Origin: Microcystis aeruginosa NIES-2549
GTDB taxonomy: Bacteria; Cyanobacteriota; Cyanobacteriia; Cyanobacteriales; Microcystaceae
Direction of reading: 5' to 3'
Length of the DNA: 32,000 bases
NCBI RefSeq assembly: GCF_000981785.2
Contig: NZ_CP011304.1
Span: 240,001-272,000, forward strand
In this document: piece after piece, positions 1 to 8,795 of the stretch
Position numbering within the stretch: position 1 is the first letter of the stretch
Layout: each line of letters starts with the position of its first letter
Made by a program: the position numbers and the translations under genes
Notes under the pieces: generated by a model
Seen by the model: the letters and a program-made list of their open reading frames with translations, nothing else
Database searches by the model: none
Told to the model about the DNA's origin: nothing

Positions 1-1046
1 CTGAGCAAAATGAACAACAGAAAGCTCGTCAACAATTGCGACAGGTGTTAGATTATGCCGAGGGGACTGAATGTAGAAGATCTAGTGTACTAGGCTACTT
101 TGGAGAAAGTTTTGCGGGTAACTGTGGTAACTGTGATAACTGTCGGAATGGAACAAATAACCAGGATTGGACGATCGAAGCACAAAAATTTTTATCCTGT
201 GTGGCGCGGACGGGACAGAAATTCGGTATGATGCACATAATCAACGTACTCAGGGGAGGAAAAGGTGAAAGAATCACCCAATATCAACATCATTTATTAT
301 CCACTTATGGCATCGGTAAAGATAAAACTGTGGGGGAGTGGAAACGTTTAAGTCGTTCCCTTGTCCAGCAAAATCTACTGGTAGAAACAGAAGACAATTT
401 TAGAATCTTGAAACTTAATCAACACAGTTGGGAAGTGATGCGGAAACAACGTTCCGTCTTTATTGCCGTCCCCCAAAAAGCTAACGGTCCAATCTTGGGA
501 GACGACAATCCCAATATGGTGGAAAGTGATTTATTATTCGAGCGCTTGCGGCAACTGCGGAAAAAAATTGCCGATAGTCAAGGGGTTCCTCCCTACGTTA
601 TTTTCCATGATTCTAGTCTGCGTTTGATGGCCCAATCAAAACCCCGGAGTTTAGGGGAGTTTCGTCAAATTTCTGGAGTAGTACACAGCAAAGTCCAACA
701 GTATGGGGATATATTTATAGCGGCAATTAATGATTTTTGTCAGGATAGTCTTCCCTCTACTCAATTCCTGACTCTCCAATACTATCAAGATGGTTTGAAT
801 GTGGAAGAAATCGCTCGCAAAAGAAGCTTAAAAGTCTCAACAATCTATGAACATTTAGCTAAATTGCTGGAAGCTGGTTACAAAATTGATATTAATCAGT
901 TAGTTTCTAAGAATAAACAGGAATATATTCGTTTAGCGATTAAAAAAGTGGGCGATCAATCCCTAAAAACTCTCAAAGAAAATCTGGGAGATAATTATAG
1001 TTATGAGGAAATTAAATTAGTTGTTGCTTGGCAAAGACGACTTTAA
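1..1046 (+). CDS. recQ: ATP-dependent DNA helicase RecQ, C-terminal part (5' end outside the window)
   Basis: The frame is open from position 3; the track's M at 36 is an internal TTG. The translation shows the RecQ Zn-binding Cys cluster (CRRSSVLGYFGE..GNCGNCDNC), an RQC-like region, an HRDC-like segment (LFERLRQLRKKIADSQGVPPYVIFHDSSLRLMA) and a C-terminal HTH-like tail. Confidence 0.85.
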   Translation, partial: EQNEQQKARQQLRQVLDYAEGTECRRSSVLGYFGESFAGNCGNCDNCRNGTNNQDWTIEAQKFLSCVARTGQKFGMMHIINVLRGGKGERITQYQHHLLSTYGIGKDKTVGEWKRLSRSLVQQNLLVETEDNFRILKLNQHSWEVMRKQRSVFIAVPQKANGPILGDDNPNMVESDLLFERLRQLRKKIADSQGVPPYVIFHDSSLRLMAQSKPRSLGEFRQISGVVHSKVQQYGDIFIAAINDFCQDSLPSTQFLTLQYYQDGLNVEEIARKRSLKVSTIYEHLAKLLEAGYKIDINQLVSKNKQEYIRLAIKKVGDQSLKTLKENLGDNYSYEEIKLVVAWQRRL

Positions 1047-1066
1047 AAACTATAGGAGGGGGGGAA

Positions 1067-1118
1067 TTATAAATTATAAATTATGAATTATTAAGTGGGG
1101 AAGTGGGGAAGTAGGGAA
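1067..1118. repeat. Two back-to-back short tandem arrays: (TTATRAA)x4 at 1067-1094, then (GTGGGGAA)x3 at 1095-1118 (third unit GTAGGGAA)
   Basis: Read directly: ttataaa ttataaa ttatgaa ttattaa, then gtggggaa gtggggaa gtagggaa. Confidence 0.9.
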
Positions 1119-1125
1119 GTTTTTT

Positions 1126-1188
1126 CAGTAAACAGTGAACTGATAACTGATAACTGATAACTGATAACTGATAACTGATAACTGAATT
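1126..1188. repeat. Heptanucleotide tandem array: six perfect CTGATAA units (1140-1181) flanked by degenerate units (CAGTAAA, CAGTGAA, CTGAATT)
   Basis: Read directly. CTGATAA is the reverse complement of a rotation of CAGTTAT, the unit of the array at 26552. Confidence 0.95.
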
Positions 1189-1197
1189 CAGCAGACC

Positions 1198-1440
1198 CTA
1201 TTTAGGGGACAAGCGTTCTTGAATTTTATTAATCGCCCAGCTTAAAATCGCCCCCGCAATTAAAATACTAATAGCAGGATTGAATAGGGGCAGCCAAAGA
1301 CGCTGAAAAAGTTTAAATCCTAGGGGAATTCCCGTGGATTCACCGATAACAGCCACGGCAAACCAGAGAAAACCCGCTATCACTAAAAACACATCAAATA
1401 TTAAGATTCTATTCAACCACTTGACAAATTGCTCTTTCAT
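1198..1440 (-). CDS. Small hypothetical membrane protein (80 aa, two predicted TM helices)
   Basis: ATG start. Two hydrophobic stretches (ILIFDVFLVIAGFLWFAVAVI and PAISILIAGAILSWAI). No recognisable family motif. Confidence 0.55.
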   Translation of the reverse strand: MKEQFVKWLNRILIFDVFLVIAGFLWFAVAVIGESTGIPLGFKLFQRLWLPLFNPAISILIAGAILSWAINKIQERLSPK

Positions 1441-1500
1441 TGCATCAAAAACTTAGGTTATTTATACAGTTTATTCACGAAAAAGTATAGCACTGTCACC

Positions 1501-3027
1501 TTAATCCCAAGCTCTCCAGAGCCAAGCTAGTCCGGCAGTAATGATTAAAACTTTGGTTAACCAATCTCCCCAGCGCACATATAAAGTCCTCGTATCTCGT
1601 CGATAAATTGTTTCGCTATGGATTTGATATTTATCTAAATCCGATAGCCAAAGGTGATTACCGTGGGGATCGACAAAAGCAGAATAACCTGTATTGGTGG
1701 CCCGGGCCATCCATCGATCGGTTTCGATCGCTCGCATGGTATCCTGAGCATGGTGTTGAGCGGGCATGGCGTGGCTATAATGGGCGTTATTAGAAGCAGT
1801 AATAATAAATTCGCCTCCCCTAGCAGTTTGACGGCGAAAATGTTCGGAAAAAGCCGACTCGTAACAAATGCCCACAATTATTTTACCGAAAGGACTGTCA
1901 ATAATTTGATCGGGATCTCCCTGGATTAAATGCGCTTGCAAGGGAGAAAGGCGATCAACAATTCCGCCTAAAATTTCCTGAAAAGGAACGTATTCGCCTA
2001 AAGGCACGAGAATTACTTTATCATAGCGACTAATCACCTGTCCCTCGCCATCAATGGTCAAGAGACTATTGTTATAACCCTTGTCCACCTTGCCAAATGC
2101 ACCCAACCAGATCGGCGTTTTTTTGGCTAAAATTGCCGAATAAATCGAGCTATTATTGACTAAGTTCTCCCAATAATAGGGTAAGGCGGTTTCAGGAGTT
2201 AAGACGGCATCTACTCCTTGATCGGCGAGAATTTGATAACCAGAGGTGTAACCTTCGAGTGCCTTTTGAAATCCCCGGGGTGAAAGTTTAATCGTGTTGG
2301 GAATATTGCCCTGAATTACGCCAATTTTTATCCCTAAATCCCTTGACTTTTCGATCGGTTTATGGTATGTGTTCCATCCCCAGAGATGGAGGCTAAAACA
2401 AATGAGGAGGGGTAAAGAGAGAAAAGCGAGATTTTGCCGCGATTGACGGATTAGGAGCAAGCTTTCGGCGATTAAACCGTTAATTGCGACAATTGCCGCC
2501 GTTACCGTCGTAAAACCCGATAATTTGCCCAATTGCAGAATCAATAAATTATGGGGACTTTGACTATAAGCAAGGGTAGTCCACCAGAGAGGGGATTGAC
2601 TCCAGAGAGATTCTAACCCACACCAGAGGGCAGTACCGATGAAAACCCGCAGGAGAGCATCCCCAAAAGATGACTGATTAACACTTTTGTTGACATAAAA
2701 CATAACTAACGTCCAAGTTAGCACGATCGCCGTTCCCCAAAAAGTAATAAACAACCAACAAAACAGAGCAATTAACAAACTCGCTAACCAGGGGACACCC
2801 ATCCACGTCATCGGGTGAATTCCCGTGATCCAGAATAAAGCGAGACCATGGTAGGCAAAACCCCAGCCAAAACCGTATAAAAGCTGTTTTTTTAGGGATT
2901 TTTCCGCTAATCTCACAACCATCCACAGGGGGACGAGAGAAATCCAAGCGAGTAACCACCAAGAAACCGGCGCTACTGTTATCCCCATCCCCACACCAGC
3001 CAAAATTGCCCAGAGAAAACGCACCAT
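1501..3027 (-). CDS. lnt: Apolipoprotein N-acyltransferase (polytopic N-terminal membrane domain plus CN-hydrolase domain)
   Basis: 508 aa with an ATG start. The N-terminal half has multiple TM helices. The C-terminal nitrilase-fold region carries LTPETALP (catalytic Glu context), YDKVILVPLGEYVP (Lys) and VGICYES (Cys). Confidence 0.85.
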   Translation of the reverse strand: MVRFLWAILAGVGMGITVAPVSWWLLAWISLVPLWMVVRLAEKSLKKQLLYGFGWGFAYHGLALFWITGIHPMTWMGVPWLASLLIALFCWLFITFWGTAIVLTWTLVMFYVNKSVNQSSFGDALLRVFIGTALWCGLESLWSQSPLWWTTLAYSQSPHNLLILQLGKLSGFTTVTAAIVAINGLIAESLLLIRQSRQNLAFLSLPLLICFSLHLWGWNTYHKPIEKSRDLGIKIGVIQGNIPNTIKLSPRGFQKALEGYTSGYQILADQGVDAVLTPETALPYYWENLVNNSSIYSAILAKKTPIWLGAFGKVDKGYNNSLLTIDGEGQVISRYDKVILVPLGEYVPFQEILGGIVDRLSPLQAHLIQGDPDQIIDSPFGKIIVGICYESAFSEHFRRQTARGGEFIITASNNAHYSHAMPAQHHAQDTMRAIETDRWMARATNTGYSAFVDPHGNHLWLSDLDKYQIHSETIYRRDTRTLYVRWGDWLTKVLIITAGLAWLWRAWD

Positions 3028-3253
3028 CTTTCATTCCAGTCAGGTTAAACTTGTCTGAACCACTAGATCAGAGTAGCTAGAGGGAAGACAAAAAACAAGA
3101 GACAGACAGAAGTTTTTCAGCACATCTACAATAGAGCAGTTAACGAGTAAAAAAAGCCCTTCCATGAGATGCTATGGCAAGCTATAGACTCAGACAAACA
3201 AGGAGATGGGGAATGTCACCCTCACCCTGAAAGTCTAAACTCGGACTGAATAA

Positions 3254-4024
3254 GTGATTGAATACATGAATAATTTTAACCCCAAATTGACTACTCTGGC
3301 TCTTGTCTTGAATGTTGAGGAAAATCTCGAAGATATTTTTCAGAAAATAGCTAGTATGAGCGCTCATCAATTGCGAGCGCGGCACTGTTCAATCCTGTTA
3401 AGCTCTCCACAGGAATTAAAAGGGGAAATTACCGATTATCTAGAAGTTTTTGCCCATTATGATGCTCTATCACCTTTGGCTGATCAAGAAATAATTAGAC
3501 TTGATCAAGCTATTGCCAGCACTGTAGCAGCGACAGGGAAACCTTTACTAATTAAGGATATAACTAGATCGCCATTTGCCAGTGCAGCCAGTTATCCCAA
3601 AAGAGCAAATAATAATAGTTTTATATCCGTACCGATTATTCTGAATCAGCAGGTAATCGGAGTAATTAATCTCAGTTTTCCCCTAGACAAAAAACATTTT
3701 GAACCATTAGATTTAGAAATCTTGCAGTTATTCGCTCAACAGGCTGCCCAATCCCTGCAAATTTTTCATTTGCAAGGGATGTTAAAATCTCGTTTTGTGG
3801 CTATGGCAGTGACTAGAGAAATAGCAGAAATTCAGTCCGAACATTCGATCGCTGTCCATCCTTATCCCCCGAAATTAGCCAAAATTGTTGCTAAGGCTTT
3901 TTTTAAAGAATTAACTCAGGCCGGTTTTGGAACCCATGAAGTTATTGAGATTGCCAATGAGGTTTTGAATTTACTACAAAAGACTCTTAATAAACATAAA
4001 AATCGTCTGGAAGGAAAAGATTGA
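3254..4024 (+). CDS. GAF domain-containing protein (no obvious output domain)
   Basis: GAF-like core (..CSILLSS...GKPLLIKDI...SFISVPIILNQQVIGVINLSF). The track start is GTG at 3254. ATG at 3266 (MNNFNPK) is an equally plausible start. Confidence 0.7.
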   Translation: MIEYMNNFNPKLTTLALVLNVEENLEDIFQKIASMSAHQLRARHCSILLSSPQELKGEITDYLEVFAHYDALSPLADQEIIRLDQAIASTVAATGKPLLIKDITRSPFASAASYPKRANNNSFISVPIILNQQVIGVINLSFPLDKKHFEPLDLEILQLFAQQAAQSLQIFHLQGMLKSRFVAMAVTREIAEIQSEHSIAVHPYPPKLAKIVAKAFFKELTQAGFGTHEVIEIANEVLNLLQKTLNKHKNRLEGKD

Positions 4025-4105
4025 GCGCTAGTCAGGGGTTAAAATCTACTAACTTGCCCCTCCCGTGCAGTCCCAAGTAATAATTGAGATGGTTAACAGC
4101 TTAAT

Positions 4106-4567
4106 TTACTGATTGCCACTGCCGTCCTGCCGTCCTAATTCATAGACACCGGAGGCAACACAAGCGAGAATACCGACACTAATCGGCCAACTTTTTCCCA
4201 AACTAATCTCAATTAACCAATCGGAGAAACCACCGAGAATGAGAAAGGGAATAATACTAAAGATAGAGGCATAAAAAGCATTTTGGGATTCTCTGGCGAC
4301 GCGAGTTTTTTCAAACTCCTCTAGGGAAGTATAGAGGAAACGCTCGGCAAAATTAAACCAGCGATAGAAAATTTCTATAAACCAATTTCGCACCCCAGCT
4401 AACCCCAAATATAATGCTAAAGACCAGAGACAACTACCGGCAATAAAAGCCGGGGAAATATTGATAGTGAAGGGCAGAAAGTCGATTACCATAAATGAGA
4501 GCCACAGAAGTGGTAAATTTGAGCGAACGGCTTGATCGATCTTAACAAGTCTTGACCCTTGCACCAA
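4106..4567 (-). CDS. Hypothetical integral membrane protein
   Basis: Several hydrophobic helices. The track start is TTG at 4567. The first ATG is residue 26 (MVIDFLPF, about 4492) and is more likely the true start. Confidence 0.5.
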   Translation of the reverse strand: MVQGSRLVKIDQAVRSNLPLLWLSFMVIDFLPFTINISPAFIAGSCLWSLALYLGLAGVRNWFIEIFYRWFNFAERFLYTSLEEFEKTRVARESQNAFYASIFSIIPFLILGGFSDWLIEISLGKSWPISVGILACVASGVYELGRQDGSGNQ

Positions 4568-4571
4568 AAAG

Positions 4572-5732
4572 ATGAAAATTCTTCAGATTGTTCCTTCGAT
4601 TTCCCTTGTTTACGGGGGTCCTAGTCAAATGGTACTCGGTTTGTCAGCGGCCTTGGCACAACTAGGCCAAGAGGTGACTATTATTACCACCGATTCCAAT
4701 GGTGACACGGGACAAGCACCCCTAGATGTGCCTTTGGGGGTCCCTGTTAGTCAAAATGGCTATCAAATCTATTATTTTCCCTGTTCTCCCTTTCGGCGCT
4801 ATAAATTTTCCCTTGATCTGTTTACTTGGTTGGCAAATAGGGCAAAAGATTACGATATCGCCCATATTCATGCTTTATTCTCCCCGGTAAGCAGTATATC
4901 GGCTTTGATCGCTCGTTACCGTCAACTGCCCTATATTCTCCGTCCCCTAGGCACCCTCGATCCAGCAGATTTGCAAAAAAAACGGCAACTTAAACAAATA
5001 TACGCCAATTTTCTGGAAAAACCCAATTTAGCGGCGGCGGCGGCAGTTCATTTCACCAGTCAGCAGGAGTGCCAAATCGCCGAAAGATTTAATATAAAAA
5101 CTAAGGATATTGTCATCCCCCTAGGGGTAGATTTTTTTAACCCACAAGCTTTACCAGTAAAGGGTTTTGATCTTCCCGAAAATAAACCGATCATTCTCTA
5201 TATGTCCCGTCTTGACCCGAAAAAAGGTCTAGATTTATTGCTGCCCAGTTTAGAAAGGTTGTTAGAAAAAGGCCTAGATTTTCATTTTGTCTTAGCAGGA
5301 GGTAATCCCCAAGACCGGGAGTACGAAAATCGGATTAAAAATCAGATCGAGCGGTCAATATTGGGCAAAAATACGACAATTACCGGATTTGTCACCGGAG
5401 AAGTAAAAAATAGCCTCCTCGCTAGGGCCGATTTATTTGTTTTACCTTCCTACTATGAAAATTTTGGCATCGCGGTTGCCGAAGCTATGGCTGCCGGAAT
5501 TCCTGTGGTCATCTCGGACCGGGTGGATCTGCATCCTGCGGTGGCAGCAGCGGCCGCGGGATGGGTGACAGCTTGTCAGCTTGAGGATTTAACTAATACT
5601 TTAGAAGCGGCTATCACTAATCCTGAAATTCGCCAACAAAAAGGGAAAAATGCCAGAGATTTAGTCTTAAATCAATACAGTTGGTCAGCGATCGCCGAAC
5701 AGCTGTTAACCGTCTATCAAAATCTGGTCTGA
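4572..5732 (+). CDS. Glycosyltransferase, GT-B fold, family 4-like
   Basis: 386 aa. The N-terminus MKILQIVPS..GGPS and the C-terminal donor-binding motif (LPSYYENFGIAVAEAMAAGIPVVISD) are typical of GT4/GT1-type enzymes. Confidence 0.85.
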   Translation: MKILQIVPSISLVYGGPSQMVLGLSAALAQLGQEVTIITTDSNGDTGQAPLDVPLGVPVSQNGYQIYYFPCSPFRRYKFSLDLFTWLANRAKDYDIAHIHALFSPVSSISALIARYRQLPYILRPLGTLDPADLQKKRQLKQIYANFLEKPNLAAAAAVHFTSQQECQIAERFNIKTKDIVIPLGVDFFNPQALPVKGFDLPENKPIILYMSRLDPKKGLDLLLPSLERLLEKGLDFHFVLAGGNPQDREYENRIKNQIERSILGKNTTITGFVTGEVKNSLLARADLFVLPSYYENFGIAVAEAMAAGIPVVISDRVDLHPAVAAAAAGWVTACQLEDLTNTLEAAITNPEIRQQKGKNARDLVLNQYSWSAIAEQLLTVYQNLV

Positions 5733-6023
5733 GCTATCGATCGTCCCCTGCTCGCTCGAAGTCACAGACAGATTAAGATTTAGGCCATCAGGATAACCAG
5801 CACTAAAAATGCCAGTAGGGTTAAACCTGATTGCAGAAAGACGGGGAGTGCAAAAGAATTCATAACAGTAGCTCACTTTTCCAGGGATGGCTCTACCCCC
5901 CAATATAGGCTTTCATCTCCGCCAATTCCTCATACTTCCCTCCGCAATGTCATCATCTCATCATTTAAGTAGGTAGGCGTTAAAAATTATCAGACACCAC
6001 CCTTATCAAGGGGGGACTATAGG

Positions 6024-6066
6024 GTAGGGTTGATTCATGAATCAACCCTACTATGAATCAACCCTA
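6024..6066. repeat. Perfect 28-bp palindrome GTAGGGTTGATTCA|TGAATCAACCCTAC (6024-6051), plus a third direct copy of ATGAATCAACCCTA (6053-6066); MITE/REP-like
   Basis: Read directly. Flanked by G6 runs (6010-6016 and 6074-6079). Lies in a 563-bp ORF-poor spacer. Confidence 0.8.
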
Positions 6067-6295
6067 GTACTAAGGGGGGATCGAACCTAAAATCCATTTT
6101 TAATTTAATTATAACCAGCTACTTATTCATCCCATAGGAGAATTTGAGGCAGATTGTACTGTATTTAAACTGGGTAGGGAGCATTTTAATACAAATGTAC
6201 AGAACTCGGTAACTCCCCACCCTGTTCACTTAAGTTTCAGCGCCATGATTATAATTAGGGAATGATAGAAATTCTTAGGCAATAGGATCACATCA

Positions 6296-6862
6296 GTGTT
6301 GATAAATCATCTTTTCTTCGGCGCTTTCCTACCCCTTGATACTCTCCTGTCCACCCAGGGGATTATGGTTATGCTTCTGGCCGCTTATGCTTTAGCCATG
6401 TGGATGTTTCTAACTAGCGCCCCAAAAGTTCATACAATCATGGTGACAGATTTGGAGACAGCCCGACAATTTTATGAAGGACTTTTAAATTTGCCCACGG
6501 CCGATGTCCCCCTCCATTACTATTACAATTATGAGCAGACGATGGGCAATAATATGATTGACCCATTTTATATGTCTAGTAATCCGGCTGTGACTACTGC
6601 CAACCCTTCTTTGGGAGATCAACCCCAGGGTTTATGGTATCAGTTAAAGAAAAATACCCAACTGCACATCGTTGCTGGGGCAACTGCGGGTTATAAGGAT
6701 CGTCATCGTCACGTTTGTTTTGATCACGATTGTTTAGAACAAATTCTGATGCGGGTGGAATCACGACGCTTAAAGTATAAAGTTCGTCGCAATAAACCTT
6801 TAAATTTTTTGGTCAAAGATCATGCTGATCGCGTGATTGAAATGGCCGAAGTCTCGAATTAG
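6296..6862 (+). CDS. Membrane-anchored VOC (glyoxalase/bleomycin-resistance/dioxygenase-like) family protein, tentative
   Basis: An N-terminal hydrophobic segment is followed by HTIMVTDLETARQFYEGLLNL ... HVCFD, which resembles a VOC beta-alpha-beta-beta-beta module. The start is uncertain: GTG at 6296, with ATGs at 6365 and 6371. Confidence 0.45.
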   Translation: MLINHLFFGAFLPLDTLLSTQGIMVMLLAAYALAMWMFLTSAPKVHTIMVTDLETARQFYEGLLNLPTADVPLHYYYNYEQTMGNNMIDPFYMSSNPAVTTANPSLGDQPQGLWYQLKKNTQLHIVAGATAGYKDRHRHVCFDHDCLEQILMRVESRRLKYKVRRNKPLNFLVKDHADRVIEMAEVSN

Positions 6863-6911
6863 TTAACGTTAATTAGATTGGGGGCAACTATAACGGTAAA
6901 TAACTAAACTT

Positions 6912-7253
6912 ATGAATGCTCAACTGCTCACAATCGTTTTAATTTCTTTAGGGGTAGGTATTGGTTTAGCCATCCTACTCCTAATTTTAGTCAAGTTAAG
7001 ACGCTTCAATCAACAGGTAAATAGTATTGTCGATTATCACTCTCTCATCGGTTTAATCGGAGTTGTTCAAATCCCCTTCGATAAAAATAGCAAGGGGAAA
7101 GTGCGAGTTAATGTCGGAGATAGTCTGATCGATATAGTCGCGATAACGGAAGGGGAAGAACAATTTAATATCGGTGATCAAGCATTTATTCTCAGTTGCC
7201 GAGACAATAAGGTTTTAGTCATTGCGGAAAAGTATATCAGAGGCGATTTTTAA
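6912..7253 (+). CDS. NfeD-like membrane protein (TM helix plus C-terminal OB-fold-like segment)
   Basis: One TM helix (IVLISLGVGIGLAILLLILV), then GLIGVVQIPF..KGKVRVNVGDSLIDIVAIT..FNIGDQAFILSCRDNKVLVI. It sits 28 bp upstream of a flotillin gene, which is the classic NfeD-SPFH pairing. Confidence 0.6.
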   Translation: MNAQLLTIVLISLGVGIGLAILLLILVKLRRFNQQVNSIVDYHSLIGLIGVVQIPFDKNSKGKVRVNVGDSLIDIVAITEGEEQFNIGDQAFILSCRDNKVLVIAEKYIRGDF

Positions 7254-7281
7254 TTTTTTCTAAACCAAAGGGTAACTAACT

Positions 7282-8619
7282 ATGAATAGTCAAAATAATT
7301 CCTATCTCATCCAAATCAATCCCAATCAATACGACGACAACAATAATAACAACAGTGCCGCCAATTTATTATTGAATAGTGTTCCCATTGCTTTATTGAT
7401 ATTTCTGGGTATCGGTGCGGTTTGGTTTATCAATTCTTTTCTGTGTATTTGTAAACCCAATGAAGTAGTAATCCTGAGTGGGATGAAACGCAAATCAAAA
7501 GATAGACAAGATGTGGGGTATCGAGTGATATCGGGGGGTCGGGCGATTCGTATTCCAATTTTAGAAACCGTTAAACGCATGGATGTCACCACAACCCCGA
7601 TCAGAATTGAGATTAAAAATGCCTATTCTAAGGGCAATATTCCCCTGAATATAGTGGCAATTGCTAACGTGAAAGTTAGTTCTAAACCTGAAATAGTCGG
7701 CAATGCGATCGAACGTTTTTTAGATCGAGATCGAGAAGAAATTATTCGCGTAGCTAAAGAAACTTTAGAAGGAAACTTGCGGGGTGTAGTCGCAACAATG
7801 ACCCCCGAACAAGTGAACGAAGATCGCCTAAAATTTGCCGAAAGTATTACCAGTAACGTCAGTCAAGACCTGTTTAAACTCGGTTTAGAAATTGATACTC
7901 TCAAAATTCAAAATGTTGCCGATGACGTGGATTATCTTAACTCCCTCGGACGGGAAAGAATCGCTTTAGTCATGCGTGATGCTGAAATTGCCGAATCAAA
8001 TGCCCTCAATGAAGCTGAACAAATAGTCGCGGAATGTGAGGAACAAGCAACCGTAGCTAAAACCCGCGATCAAATTATCATTTTAGAGCAAGAAAATGAG
8101 TTGAGAAAGTTAAAGGCAAAACTGGAACAACAGGCAAAATCGGAAGAAGAAATAACTATCGCTGCCGCTAAGGAAAAACGTGCTATAGTTGAGGAAAAAT
8201 TGCAACAGGTTAGGGCAGAATTGGAAAGATTACGTCTCCAAGCAGATCAAGTTTTACCCGCAGAAGCGCAGCAGGAAGCCGAAACTTTCCGCGCTAGAGG
8301 AGAAGCGGCAATTTTTGAAGAAAATGCTAAAGCTGAAGCCTTGGTTAACGAATTATTCGCGGAAGTCTGGCAAAACACCGGCAGCGAAGCAGAAGCAATT
8401 TTCTTGATTCAACAGTTAGAAACTATCCTAGAGGAGGCGATTAAAATTCCTAGACGCTTACACCTCGATCGAGTTAATATCGTTGATAATGGTGATGGTA
8501 AATCCCTGGCTACCCTGATCAAAGTCTATCCCGAAATCGTCAATCAATTCCTCGCCAGTGTCCATCAAACCCTCGGTATTGATGTAGTGGGAACTCTCAC
8601 CAATAAAATTGAAAAATAG
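7282..8619 (+). CDS. Flotillin / SPFH (band 7) domain protein
   Basis: 445 aa. It has an N-terminal membrane hairpin, an SPFH region (RIPILETVKRMDVTT..IEIKNAYSKGNIPLNIVAIANVKV) and a long Ala/Glu-rich coiled-coil 'flotillin' region. Confidence 0.85.
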   Translation: MNSQNNSYLIQINPNQYDDNNNNNSAANLLLNSVPIALLIFLGIGAVWFINSFLCICKPNEVVILSGMKRKSKDRQDVGYRVISGGRAIRIPILETVKRMDVTTTPIRIEIKNAYSKGNIPLNIVAIANVKVSSKPEIVGNAIERFLDRDREEIIRVAKETLEGNLRGVVATMTPEQVNEDRLKFAESITSNVSQDLFKLGLEIDTLKIQNVADDVDYLNSLGRERIALVMRDAEIAESNALNEAEQIVAECEEQATVAKTRDQIIILEQENELRKLKAKLEQQAKSEEEITIAAAKEKRAIVEEKLQQVRAELERLRLQADQVLPAEAQQEAETFRARGEAAIFEENAKAEALVNELFAEVWQNTGSEAEAIFLIQQLETILEEAIKIPRRLHLDRVNIVDNGDGKSLATLIKVYPEIVNQFLASVHQTLGIDVVGTLTNKIEK

Positions 8620-8665
8620 CAGTCAGAAAAGCTACTAGACAGGCCTTCTAAAATAGATTGTAACC

Positions 8666-8732
8666 GAGATCGAGCCAGGTTAAAACCGCACTCGATCTCA
8701 CCGACAAGAATCCCCGTCTTTTACAAGCGGGG
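8666..8732. terminator. Two hairpins in the convergent flotillin/hemL spacer: GAGATCGAG..CTCGATCTC (8666-8699) and CCCCG..CGGGG (8712-8732)
   Basis: The inverted repeats were read directly. Neither has a clean U-tract, so terminator function is only presumed from position. Confidence 0.3.
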
Positions 8733-8795
8733 AGATGTCAACTCATCAATACTTGGGACTCTATCAATCAATTTTCCCGGCCGAAGCAGCATTGA

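Noticed and set aside
4565-4574. Divergent start codons only 4 nt apart (4567 minus, 4572 plus), implying overlapping promoters.
   Set aside because: The minus-strand start at 4567 is a TTG chosen by the ORF caller. The first ATG (about 4492) leaves a normal spacer of about 80 bp.
6074-6087. The minus strand reads GGTTCGATCCCCCC, resembling a tRNA T-arm/T-loop and suggesting a tRNA or tRNA fragment.
   Set aside because: The flanking bases cannot form a T-stem: TTAGG/CCCCC do not pair. No acceptor, D or anticodon arms can be drawn. The motif is part of the G6-flanked palindromic element.
6187-6200. The 14-mer TAATACAAATGTAC recurs in inverted orientation at 17265-17278, suggesting terminal repeats of a large element.
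   Set aside because: A few 14-nt matches are expected by chance among about 1e9 position pairs in an AT-rich 32-kb window. The flanking bases do not extend the match in a consistent orientation.
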